Assembly: GCA_946415335.1 (NCBI GenBank)
Contig: CAMKSB010000001.1
Span: forward strand, 1 to 48,052
Direction: 5' to 3'
From: an uncultured Clostridia bacterium
GTDB lineage: Bacteria; Bacillota; Clostridia; Oscillospirales; Acutalibacteraceae
Length of the DNA stretch: 48,052 nt
Under the pieces are notes generated by a model. The model did no database searches, was not told where the DNA came from, and worked only from the letters and a program-made list of their open reading frames with translations. Below are positions 20,726 to 29,172 of the stretch, in pieces. The first letter of the stretch is position 1. Every line of letters starts with the position of its first letter. Made by a program: the position numbers and the translations under genes.

Positions 20726-21523
20726 TTATTTGCCGAGTTCTTCTGCGCGGTTCGTGCAGGCTTTCATCGCCTCGGTCAGCGCTTCGGTAAAGCCGCGGCT
20801 GCGCAGCTGTTCCAACGCGGCGATCGTCGTACCGCCCTTGGAGCTGACCTTTTCGATCAGCCGATCGGCAGTGTCGCCGCTGTCTCGCAGCATTGCCGCA
20901 GAACCCTCCAAGGTCGCGCAGATCAGGTTCATCGCTGCGTCACGGTCGATGCCGACAGACTCGGCATAATCCGCGACAGTCTTGGCGAACAGATAGATAT
21001 ACGCCGGACTGCTGCCGTTGACGGCAATGATCTCATTCATGTGATCTTCGGTGATATATTCACATACGCCGCTTCCGGCAAACATCCGGTAGACGATCTC
21101 CTTGTTTTCTGCCGAAACATTCTCGGAAGGACACAGCGCGGTAGCGCCTTTTTTGAGAAGCAAGGGCGTATTGGGCATAACGCGGACAACCGGACAATCC
21201 ATGCCGACCGCCTTCTGCACATAAGCGATCGAGATGCCTGCCGCGATCGACACAAGGGTTTTGTCCATCGTGATCGACTGGCGCAATCCCTCAAGTACCT
21301 CCGCGTAGTTCTGCGGCTTGACAGCCAGAACAATGATATCGCTCTGTTCCGCCGTCTTGGCGCCGGTATCGCATACCGTCGCTCCGAGTTCGCGCATCAG
21401 GGCGCATTTTTCCTCGCTGACGTCAAACACGCGGATATTGTCAGCATTGCCGTTTTGGGCAACCAAGCCCTTGATGATTGCGGTCGCCATGTTACCGGCG
21501 CCGATAAAACCGATTGTTTTCAT
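20726..21523 (-). CDS. proC: Pyrroline-5-carboxylate reductase
   Basis: IGFIGAGNMA, LAVKPQ, RVMPNTP, GSSPAY and VSSKGGTT motifs. Confidence 0.96.
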   Translation of the reverse strand: MKTIGFIGAGNMATAIIKGLVAQNGNADNIRVFDVSEEKCALMRELGATVCDTGAKTAEQSDIIVLAVKPQNYAEVLEGLRQSITMDKTLVSIAAGISIAYVQKAVGMDCPVVRVMPNTPLLLKKGATALCPSENVSAENKEIVYRMFAGSGVCEYITEDHMNEIIAVNGSSPAYIYLFAKTVADYAESVGIDRDAAMNLICATLEGSAAMLRDSGDTADRLIEKVSSKGGTTIAALEQLRSRGFTEALTEAMKACTNRAEELGK

Positions 21524-21549
21524 TGATGAAACCTTCCTTTTTTTCAGAC

Positions 21550-24159
21550 TCATACGCCGAAGCTGGGGTTGTGCGGGCAAGTGTAGCTGAAATTATATTT
21601 ATTGAGATAGCCGTCGTTGAGGTAATCGCCGTAGAAGAACATCTCCGCCTCATCGATCCGGCGCGTCAGCAGTCCCCAATAGCAATCGCCGGCGGCATGA
21701 TGCCACTGCAGGAAATGCTGGAGGAACTGAGATTTGTTGACATTATTGAGATCGCGTGTGCCGGCATTCTTGTCGCTGGTGGCAAAAGAGAAATAGATAT
21801 AGCCCTCTGTGCCGTCTGACAGCTTGATCTTATACCAGTTGCTGTTGTACAGCTTGCCGTCCTGGAAGGTGAACTTCGTATTGATGCTCATCGTCTTGAC
21901 GATCGAATAGCCGGTTCCGGCTCCCTGACGGAGATTCACTTCGTCATCATTGACAAAGCCGGTGTCGCCGGCATTGATGCTGGCGGTACTGCCGGTGCCG
22001 GTATTCAGCAGGATGGAACTGAGATCGTCGTCGTTGGTGATGGCGTAGGAACCGCAGTTATACGCAAAGCAGACAAGCGCGTCAAACTGATTCTGGTTGA
22101 ACTTCACGCCGTTGGAGACAAGGAAGCTGTTGGTTCTGGTGGTGTAGCCGCCGGAATTGACAGTCTGGCACAGATACGCGTACGCCTCATCGCGGGTGAG
22201 GTTATTGTAGAAATGCTCGTTGGTGGTGATAACCTTGCCGTAGCCGATCGTCGGATCGTCGGTGATATAGTCGGCGGTCAACTCGGGCAGGAAGCCCTCA
22301 AACTCGGCAATCAGGTCGATCACTCCGTCGCTGGCACGTCTCTCGCCTGTTACTGTGGTGGTGGTATCGGTGGAATTGGTGACAAAGACCTCGCCCTCGC
22401 CGTTACCGGGCGTACCGAGGTAAACGTCGTTGATAACGAATTTGGAGTACGCCTTGAACGTCCAGCGTCCGGATTCGTTGAGCTTTTGGGTACCCTTCCA
22501 AATGATCCTGCCGTTATCTGTCTTCTCCTTGGTGGCATTGACCTTGTAGGTGGTGCTGCCGTTGGTGACATCGAAATACAGGTCAGTGCGGTCGGTGTCG
22601 GTGATCGCTTTGAAAGTGACGTTGGAGCCCTTGGGCGCAGAATTGGGCGTTGCATAAACAAAACGCACGTTGTCCCTGCCGATGATATGGATCGTACAGG
22701 TCGCGGCGCCGTAAGAGGTATAGGCGCTGATGGTAACATATCCCTGATTCAGCGCTTCCACCACGCCGTCGTCAACCTTCGCCAGATTCGGGTTAGAGGA
22801 TTTCCAGCTGACGCCGGAGGTCAGGGATTTCAGCAGCACCGACTTGCGGTTGCGCATGGTATCGATACTGGTAGCTGAGATGTTGACCGCGCTGCCGGAT
22901 TTGACCGTGATATTGCAGGTCGCCGATGAACTGCCGGATTTAACGGTGATCACAGCGGAACCGGCGCTCACGGCGGTAACGATACCGTTCGCGTCAACCG
23001 TGGCGACGGAAGTATTGGAGCTTGTCCAAGTGTAACCAGAGCCGCCGGTAGCGTTCAGCGCGTAGGTATTGCCGGTATAGATCGTTTCATTCGACTGAAC
23101 GAGCTTGACCGCGCCTGTGGATGGCGTAGGATCAGGATTAGTATTGCCGGATTGCGCCGGATTAATCTTGATGTAGGTTTTAATAACCCAACCGGTGGTT
23201 CCGTCATTTAATTTGACGTTGTACCAGTCGCCGGTGGGCTTCTCGCTGACAAGCGTAAAGGCGGTATTTTGGCGCATGCAGACGATGACGGCATTGCCGG
23301 TGCCTGCTCCCTTGCGCAGATTGACAAAATCATCCGTCACATAACCGGTAGAAGGCTTATCGCTTGGCGTTGGATCAGGCGTATCGGTAGACGACTGATC
23401 AATGGTGACATAATCCTTGTATACCCAGCCGGTCGTGCCGTCGGACAGCTTCACGTTGTACCAGTTGTTGGTCGGCGTTTCGCTGAGCAAGGTAAACTTG
23501 GTATTCTCGCGCATACAGATAATGACCGCGTTGCCGGTGCTTGCTCCCTTGCGTAGATTGACATAATCAGTGTTGACATAGCCGGTAGAAGCATTTCCGC
23601 TTGGCTGCGGATCGGTGTTGCCGGAGGATTGGTTGATGGTGATGTAGTCGTTGATCACCCAACCGGTGGTACCGTCGGATAATTTAACGTTATACCAGTT
23701 GTTGGTCGGCGTTTCGCTGAGCAGGGTGAACTTGGTATTCTCGCGCATGCAAACGATCACCGCGTTGCTCGTGCCGGCGCCCTTGCGCAGATTGACGAAA
23801 TCGGTATTGACGTAGCCGGTGGAACCGGATGCAGGCTGGTCGTTTTGCGAGGCTTCCGCTCTGACGTAATCCGCATAGACATAGCCGGTCTTTTTGGTCG
23901 TCTGTTCCGTGATCTTGTACCAGGATGAATTCACCGGCGCAGCTTCCTCAAAGATGACCTTAGTATCCTTCATCATCATGGTCAGCACCGTGTAATTCGT
24001 GCCGGCGCCCTGGCGGAGATTGACATAATCGTCCGTGATCACGCCGCTGCCGCCCTTAACCGGTGTTTCAGCTGCCATAACAACAACCGAAAGAGCAGAA
24101 AATACGATCATAACCGACAGTAAAATGCTGAGTATTCTTTTTCCCGTGTTCTGTTTCAT
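21550..24159 (-). CDS. Secreted cell-wall hydrolase: signal peptide, 4x SH3b, 2x Ig-like (Big_2), GH24 lysozyme with inserted SH3b
   Basis: VNLR.GAGT...WY.VK..DGTTGW repeats; WTSSNTSVATVD Big_2 motif; LIAEFEG..D..TIGYG, QNQFDALVCFAYNCG and GLLTRRIDEA GH24 motifs. Confidence 0.88.
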   Translation of the reverse strand: MKQNTGKRILSILLSVMIVFSALSVVVMAAETPVKGGSGVITDDYVNLRQGAGTNYTVLTMMMKDTKVIFEEAAPVNSSWYKITEQTTKKTGYVYADYVRAEASQNDQPASGSTGYVNTDFVNLRKGAGTSNAVIVCMRENTKFTLLSETPTNNWYNVKLSDGTTGWVINDYITINQSSGNTDPQPSGNASTGYVNTDYVNLRKGASTGNAVIICMRENTKFTLLSETPTNNWYNVKLSDGTTGWVYKDYVTIDQSSTDTPDPTPSDKPSTGYVTDDFVNLRKGAGTGNAVIVCMRQNTAFTLVSEKPTGDWYNVKLNDGTTGWVIKTYIKINPAQSGNTNPDPTPSTGAVKLVQSNETIYTGNTYALNATGGSGYTWTSSNTSVATVDANGIVTAVSAGSAVITVKSGSSSATCNITVKSGSAVNISATSIDTMRNRKSVLLKSLTSGVSWKSSNPNLAKVDDGVVEALNQGYVTISAYTSYGAATCTIHIIGRDNVRFVYATPNSAPKGSNVTFKAITDTDRTDLYFDVTNGSTTYKVNATKEKTDNGRIIWKGTQKLNESGRWTFKAYSKFVINDVYLGTPGNGEGEVFVTNSTDTTTTVTGERRASDGVIDLIAEFEGFLPELTADYITDDPTIGYGKVITTNEHFYNNLTRDEAYAYLCQTVNSGGYTTRTNSFLVSNGVKFNQNQFDALVCFAYNCGSYAITNDDDLSSILLNTGTGSTASINAGDTGFVNDDEVNLRQGAGTGYSIVKTMSINTKFTFQDGKLYNSNWYKIKLSDGTEGYIYFSFATSDKNAGTRDLNNVNKSQFLQHFLQWHHAAGDCYWGLLTRRIDEAEMFFYGDYLNDGYLNKYNFSYTCPHNPSFGV
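23162..23823. repeat. Three intragenic direct repeats (period about 234-237 bp) encoding SH3b domains
   Basis: Near-identical DNA blocks, e.g. 'taccagttgttggtcggcgtttcgctgagca' near 23460 and 23695, and 'cccttgcg(c/t)agattgac' three times. Confidence 0.85.
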
Positions 24160-24222
24160 ATTGACACCTTCTTTAACTATTTCAAAACTTCAATAACAGT
24201 TACAAGTTTTTAATTTTTTCTC

Positions 24223-24251
24223 ATTATAACACATTGCCTGAAAAAATGCAA
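24223..24251 (-). promoter_or_regulatory. sigmaA-type promoter of the SH3b/GH24 gene
   Basis: TTGCAT-N17-TATAAT with TG extension. Confidence 0.65.
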
Positions 24252-24268
24252 TAAAACAGGTGAAAATG

Positions 24269-24823
24269 TCACTTAATGGAGCCGAACAGCTTATCGCGCA
24301 GCCGCCGGACATAGAGTACGATAAAGGAATTCAGCGCGAAATCATACAGGACAAACAGAAGATTGCCGAAGAGCAGAAACGCTGCCGGCATATAAATACC
24401 GAAGAGCGTATACTCCTCCGGCGGGATCGCCAGAAGAAAGGACGCGATAAAGAACGCGCCGATCGCCGCCGCATTGAATACGGCGAGCTTGATGATAAAG
24501 CCGACGACCTTATTGGGCAACTTTCTTTCGATCAGGTTTTTGAGCATGGGATAGTAGCCGAAAAGCATAACAAAATACAGCACCGCTTCCTTGTCGCCTG
24601 CCACAAAAAACGAGAGCAAGGAAACGACCGCGTACACACCAAGCGCCCATCTGACGCCGAATTCAATGACGATCGGCACCAGCAGCGCTCCGGCTATCAT
24701 GGGAAACGCATAGGTTCCGACCGGGATCAGCGAGGTTATCAGCATCAGCACTACGCCGAGTGCTGCGACAATCGCGCATACCGCCAGACGGAACGCAGGT
24801 CTTTTGACGGGATTCTTTTTCAT
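24269..24823 (-). CDS. Conserved hypothetical multi-pass membrane protein
   Basis: 5-6 hydrophobic segments, 'DKEA....MLFGYYP.LK..IE'; starts 1 bp after the J-protein stop. Confidence 0.75.
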   Translation of the reverse strand: MKKNPVKRPAFRLAVCAIVAALGVVLMLITSLIPVGTYAFPMIAGALLVPIVIEFGVRWALGVYAVVSLLSFFVAGDKEAVLYFVMLFGYYPMLKNLIERKLPNKVVGFIIKLAVFNAAAIGAFFIASFLLAIPPEEYTLFGIYMPAAFLLFGNLLFVLYDFALNSFIVLYVRRLRDKLFGSIK

Positions 24824-24824
24824 C

Positions 24825-25433
24825 TTAACAGCCCGAACGGCAGCAGCTGCACAGACAGTCGGCGCACAGAATTGTGGTGCATATATCGCAGCAGGAACAG
24901 CCCATGCCGGAATTGCCGGTCTGGTTGGTGGTGTAGCCGCCGTAATTATAGGTGCGCTGGCTGTTCATATGATTGACAGCTGTGCGGTACTCCTGATTGT
25001 TCGGATCCATATTGATCGCCGTCTGGAAAAACTGGTTTGCCTGATCGTTCCAGCCGCGTCTGTACGCACACATGCCCTTGAGGTAGTACCACTCCGCGTC
25101 ACGCTCGTTCTGCGGCATGGCGTCGAGTATCTGTTCCGCTTCGTTGACCATATTGCGCTGAATGTAGATGCGCACCGGATTGTATTTGTTATAGCCGTTG
25201 CTCTGGTAGGTGTTATTGGAGTATGAATCGGCGCTGCCGCCTCCCTGACGCATGTTTTTGATCGCGTCATAGGCTTCGTTGATTTCCTTCATCTTCTGTT
25301 CCGCCACATCAGCCAGCGGGCTGTTGGCGTATTTGTCGGGATGATATTTCTTCGCGAGATCACGATAAGCTTTTTTGATTTCTTCATCGGTGGCACTCGG
25401 TGAAACGCCGAGCACCTCATACGGATTGTTCAT
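24825..25433 (-). CDS. J-domain protein with TPR-like repeat and Cys-rich C-terminal tail
   Basis: NPYEVLGV...KKYHPD J-domain; AEWYYLKG...[11 protein letters not shown]; tail [24 protein letters not shown]. Confidence 0.9.
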   Translation of the reverse strand: MNNPYEVLGVSPSATDEEIKKAYRDLAKKYHPDKYANSPLADVAEQKMKEINEAYDAIKNMRQGGGSADSYSNNTYQSNGYNKYNPVRIYIQRNMVNEAEQILDAMPQNERDAEWYYLKGMCAYRRGWNDQANQFFQTAINMDPNNQEYRTAVNHMNSQRTYNYGGYTTNQTGNSGMGCSCCDICTTILCADCLCSCCRSGC

Positions 25434-26283
25434 TTGTTACCTCCTGCCGTTTGGACAGTACACTGTTTTGTTTCAGCGGAAAGCCCAGCAGCATCATATT
25501 ATCAAGGATTCCCTTAAAGTCGGTGAGATTATCAATTAATACATAAGCGTCATACGACCTGGCGAGCGATTGGTTGAGCGTTTGCTCCATGCGCTGCGTG
25601 AGATTGTCACTTTCGATCAGACGAAACGGATTGAAATTACCGTGCTTGACGTCTTTTTCGAAATCGTCCGCTGCGTCGATATAATAGATCCATCTGCCGA
25701 GATGATAGCCGCATTCGTAAAAGACGCGTCTTTGCAGCTCGTCCTTTGCTTCCAGACAAAGGAGCTTTCCGAGCATTTCGGCGGTCGGATGAGCAGTCGC
25801 GTCAATGGATGGCGACGGTTCCGCTTCCACCTTGACCTGCTTTTCGAGCATGTCCGCGACGATCGTATCCATCTCCGGATAGCGCCGCGCCGCCTTTTTG
25901 CGCCAATGCGAGAAAAACGGTTTGATCAAGCGCACTGCAAGGCGCTTCCAGAAGCCGCTGTCCATCAGCTCGTCCATCAGTTTGTAATAGACGGAAATGA
26001 CCGACAGCGCTGCCGCTTTGCTGTAGCAGTCGTTTTTGCAATCGGCAAACCGGCACTTTTTGAGAGGATTGAAGCGGCACCTGCCGTCGGAGAAACCGGA
26101 ACAGCCGGAAGACAGCGACATCAGCATCATGGTATAGAAGGTACAGTCATAACTCAGCGCCAACCGCGTCAGAAAGGAATAATCCTTGCCGAGCTGCTTG
26201 CACAAGCCGCAGTAAACTGCCTTATACGCCTCATATTCCCTTACCTTTAGCTCCGCTTTGTCGATTTGTAAGTATCCGAACAT
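25417..26283 (-). CDS. DUF5685-family protein
   Basis: MFGY...[10 protein letters not shown]...Y, LSYDCTF and [17 protein letters not shown] motifs; GAGAGGA RBS. Confidence 0.85.
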   Translation of the reverse strand: MFGYLQIDKAELKVREYEAYKAVYCGLCKQLGKDYSFLTRLALSYDCTFYTMMLMSLSSGCSGFSDGRCRFNPLKKCRFADCKNDCYSKAAALSVISVYYKLMDELMDSGFWKRLAVRLIKPFFSHWRKKAARRYPEMDTIVADMLEKQVKVEAEPSPSIDATAHPTAEMLGKLLCLEAKDELQRRVFYECGYHLGRWIYYIDAADDFEKDVKHGNFNPFRLIESDNLTQRMEQTLNQSLARSYDAYVLIDNLTDFKGILDNMMLLGFPLKQNSVLSKRQEVTNEQSV

Positions 26284-26328
26284 GTCCTCTCCTGCCAAAA
26301 TAGGTCTATTTCCCTAATTTACGCTTGC

Positions 26329-26357
26329 ATTATACCACAAGAAAGCGGTTTTTTCAA
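26329..26357 (-). promoter_or_regulatory. sigmaA-type promoter of the DUF5685 operon
   Basis: TTGAAA-N17-TATAAT with TGn extension. Confidence 0.65.
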
Positions 26358-26435
26358 TACTTTGCCAATAATTTTTCCAATAACGAAATTTAATCATGCA
26401 TTTCGATTGTATAATGTGGTTGGAGTGTGAAGGAT

Positions 26436-26999
26436 ATGAACGTATATGATTTTGACAAAACGATTTATGACGGCGATTCCACCGCAGATTTTTATCTTTT
26501 TTCTCTGCACCGACACAAAAAGATCCTGCTGCTGGCACCGTCGCTGATCGGCGCTTTTGTAAAGTACTACGTTTTTCGCCGCGGCACCAAGACGGATTTC
26601 AAGCAGGTGATGTACCAGTTTTTACAATATGTGGATATCAATAAAGATTTGCCGGATTTCTGGGATACGCACGTCGGCAAGATAAAGGACTTCTACAAAA
26701 AGCAGCAGAAAAAGGATGACGTGATCATCTCGGCTTCTCCTGAGTTCCTGCTGGCTCCCATCTGCCAAAGACTGGGTATACAATATCTTATGGCTTCGCG
26801 CGTGGATCAAATGACCGGCGCTTATGACGGAATCAACTGCCACGGAGAGGAAAAGGTCAGGCGTTTTTTTGAAGTATTTTCGGACGGCGTGATCGACGAA
26901 TTCTATTCGGACAGCCACAGCGACGATCCGCTGGCAGCCATCGCCCAACGCGCGTATATCGTGAAAAATGAAACGCTGACAGACTGGAACAAGGCATAA
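26436..26999 (+). CDS. HAD-IB family hydrolase/phosphatase
   Basis: YDFDKTIY (motif I), IISASP, GEEKV and YSDSHSDDP motifs. Confidence 0.9.
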   Translation: MNVYDFDKTIYDGDSTADFYLFSLHRHKKILLLAPSLIGAFVKYYVFRRGTKTDFKQVMYQFLQYVDINKDLPDFWDTHVGKIKDFYKKQQKKDDVIISASPEFLLAPICQRLGIQYLMASRVDQMTGAYDGINCHGEEKVRRFFEVFSDGVIDEFYSDSHSDDPLAAIAQRAYIVKNETLTDWNKA

Positions 27000-27001
27000 G
27001 G

Positions 27002-27030
27002 AACGGCTCCCGGACGGGAGCCGTATTTTT
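27002..27030. terminator. Terminator between convergent genes
   Basis: ACGGCTCCC-GGAC-GGGAGCCGT followed by ATTTTT on the plus strand. Confidence 0.8.
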
Positions 27031-27043
27031 CTTTTCCGGAATA

Positions 27044-27883
27044 TTAACAGCCGCAGCCGAAGGGCGACGAACCGGTTTCGTTCTCTGCGGTACTCGGCGG
27101 GAAGAACGAATCCGACGGGAACTCGATCTTGCTGAACGCCTCGCAGGGGTCGTCGGTCTGGGAATCACATTCCTTTCTCGGAACACAGAAATCGTAGGAA
27201 GGAATCATCAGCTGTACATCTCTTGTCAGCTGGATAATGGAAAAGGTTCCGAGTGTGACAACCACCTGCTGAGCCGTCGGCGCTGCGAGATCGCCGCCAA
27301 AGAAATCGGCGACATTCTCCGGCACGAACGGCAGGATCTTCGGCGCTATCACAGGCGTCACGCCGGAGGCGAGCACCATCGGACTGGACACCTGCACCGT
27401 AGCGGTCGGCAGCGTACCGCTGCAGCCGGGACAGCAGTCGAAATCCGTCGCGTCGATCGGCGCGTCCGGCGCGTCGCTGGAAAAGACCTTTACGCCTGCG
27501 TCGCTTCCGTAAAGGACAGCGCGCTTGGAAGCGGTCGCCAGTCCGGTGACAGTCGTCGGCAACGCTCCTGCCGCCGTATAAACCTCAGCACAGACGGCAA
27601 AATAGAAGATTACATCCACCGAATAATAGCCGCGGTGAAAAGCGACCGCGTCGGCTGAAACAGCGGCGCTGAGCACGCTCGCCTTGGTGACGCGGACGCT
27701 TGCCGCCGTATCGACCACCGCCTGATCCTCCGCCGTAAAGAATACCGTCAAGTCTCTGAGACAATCCTTGGCGCCGCAGCTGTCATAAATGCGCGGTACG
27801 TCTACGCATACCGGGTCGAAGGCGTTTTCCGGTTCATTATTCTGAGTTGTTTGAACGTCGTTTTCAAGTGTTACTTCCGACAT
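27044..27883 (-). CDS. Cys-rich hypothetical protein, probably spore-associated
   Basis: VCVDVPRIYDSCGAKDC and DFCVPRKEC...DDPCEAF..IEFP motifs; GGAGGT RBS; sigmaK-like promoter. The function is inferred. Confidence 0.6.
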   Translation of the reverse strand: MSEVTLENDVQTTQNNEPENAFDPVCVDVPRIYDSCGAKDCLRDLTVFFTAEDQAVVDTAASVRVTKASVLSAAVSADAVAFHRGYYSVDVIFYFAVCAEVYTAAGALPTTVTGLATASKRAVLYGSDAGVKVFSSDAPDAPIDATDFDCCPGCSGTLPTATVQVSSPMVLASGVTPVIAPKILPFVPENVADFFGGDLAAPTAQQVVVTLGTFSIIQLTRDVQLMIPSYDFCVPRKECDSQTDDPCEAFSKIEFPSDSFFPPSTAENETGSSPFGCGC

Positions 27884-27934
27884 AAAAAATACCTCCATAT
27901 CTAAGTATTTACAGGAATCCTCTGTAACAATACC

Positions 27935-27961
27935 ATGATATGGAGGTTTGCTTATTTGGTG
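27935..27961 (-). promoter_or_regulatory. sigmaK-type promoter
   Basis: CAC-N16-CATATCAT matches the B. subtilis sigmaK consensus AC-N16-CATAnnnT. Confidence 0.5.
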
Positions 27962-29169
27962 ACCGTATAATTTGACAGGTATTTTCTGAACTGACCGTGC
28001 AGTGAAGAAGAATCCGAGAAGCTGTAGTTGGACAGGGAAATGAAGATATCGCTCTTGTCCGGCTTATAGCTGAACTGCGCGGAAAATGCGCCGCTGCGCC
28101 CTGAGGCGGATAATCTGCCGTCGCGGTGATAAATGCCGCAGTTAAAATTGGATTCGCCTGCGCTCTGCATATATCGGACAGCCAGCTCGCTGATAATTCC
28201 GTCAGAGAATATTCCGTCTGTCCAGCGCAACAGATCGGAAACATTCGAAATCATGCCGCAGGCGGCGTAACCGACGCCGGGATAGTTCAACTTTTCGCCC
28301 TGCGCGTCGCCGTCATAGCCGACAGCCGTCTTGATGGAGCCGTCAAAACCGGAATTGTTCATATACAAAGGCTTGAACAGCTTCTCTTTGACATAAGCCT
28401 CGTAGCTCATTCCGCTGCACTGCGCGATGATCTCACCGAGAAGATAATAATTGCTGTCGGAAAAAGCGAATTCTGTCGAAGGCTTTGTATCCAGCGGATG
28501 GCTGAAGATCCAGTCGAGAATCAGCTTTTTATTTTCTTCATAAGAATTATCCTTCGTGACAGTATCCGTCAGCTCGATATCCAGATAGGCTGCCGCGTCG
28601 CTGATATTGCTGTGTACGATATAGTTCTTGATACCGGAGGTCATGTTCAAAAGATTTTCTACGGTAATCTCCGCGCCGGGCTTATAGTCCGGAAAGAACT
28701 TGTCCAGCGTATCTTCCAGGTTCAGCTTGCCGCAGTCCACCAATTGGAGGACTGCCGCCGCCGTGAACTGCTGGGTGACCGCGCCGATATAGTAGCAAGT
28801 ATTGATGGAATTGTCCTTGTGACCGACGCTGTCAGCGGCCCCGCGTGAGCTGATATACTCGAAGTCATTGCCGAGCTTGAGATAGACCGTGCCCTTGTAG
28901 TCCTTTTTGGCAACATAGCTGTCAAAATCGTCGCTGATGGCGCCGCTCTTTTGCTTGATCGCCACAAAATCATATTTCACCGTTCCGGCGCTGTCCTTGG
29001 TCGCCGGTTCGGTGGTCGTCGCGACGGTCGTAGGCGCAACGGTGGTCGGTTGTACAGTGGTAGGTTCCGGCTGGGAAGAACTCTCTCCCCCTTTGCAGCC
29101 GCTCAGCAGTGCCAGCGCCGCCATAGCGACGCAGAATAGTGCCTGAAACGCTTTTAACACAAGAATCAC
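27952..29169 (-). CDS. Beta-lactamase/serine-hydrolase-fold lipoprotein, catalytic residues substituted
   Basis: LSGC lipobox, T-rich linker, ITVENLLNMTSG and LF.PL.M..S motifs; SxxK reads AVTQ. Confidence 0.85.
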   Translation of the reverse strand: MILVLKAFQALFCVAMAALALLSGCKGGESSSQPEPTTVQPTTVAPTTVATTTEPATKDSAGTVKYDFVAIKQKSGAISDDFDSYVAKKDYKGTVYLKLGNDFEYISSRGAADSVGHKDNSINTCYYIGAVTQQFTAAAVLQLVDCGKLNLEDTLDKFFPDYKPGAEITVENLLNMTSGIKNYIVHSNISDAAAYLDIELTDTVTKDNSYEENKKLILDWIFSHPLDTKPSTEFAFSDSNYYLLGEIIAQCSGMSYEAYVKEKLFKPLYMNNSGFDGSIKTAVGYDGDAQGEKLNYPGVGYAACGMISNVSDLLRWTDGIFSDGIISELAVRYMQSAGESNFNCGIYHRDGRLSASGRSGAFSAQFSYKPDKSDIFISLSNYSFSDSSSLHGQFRKYLSNYTVTK

Positions 29170-29172
29170 CTT

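Noticed and set aside
21550-22350. Prophage remnant suggested by the GH24 lysozyme
   Set aside because: The gene has a signal peptide, and its neighbours are proC and a chromosomal operon; no holin, structural or integrase genes.
23162-23823. Repeats as a CRISPR or mobile element
   Set aside because: They are in-frame ~78-aa SH3b domain repeats inside a CDS, with no spacer structure or cas genes.
24188-24205. WalR-like box downstream of the GH24 gene promoter (TGTAAC-N5-TTGAAG)
   Set aside because: Only one half-site matches, which is not distinguishable from chance in AT-rich DNA.
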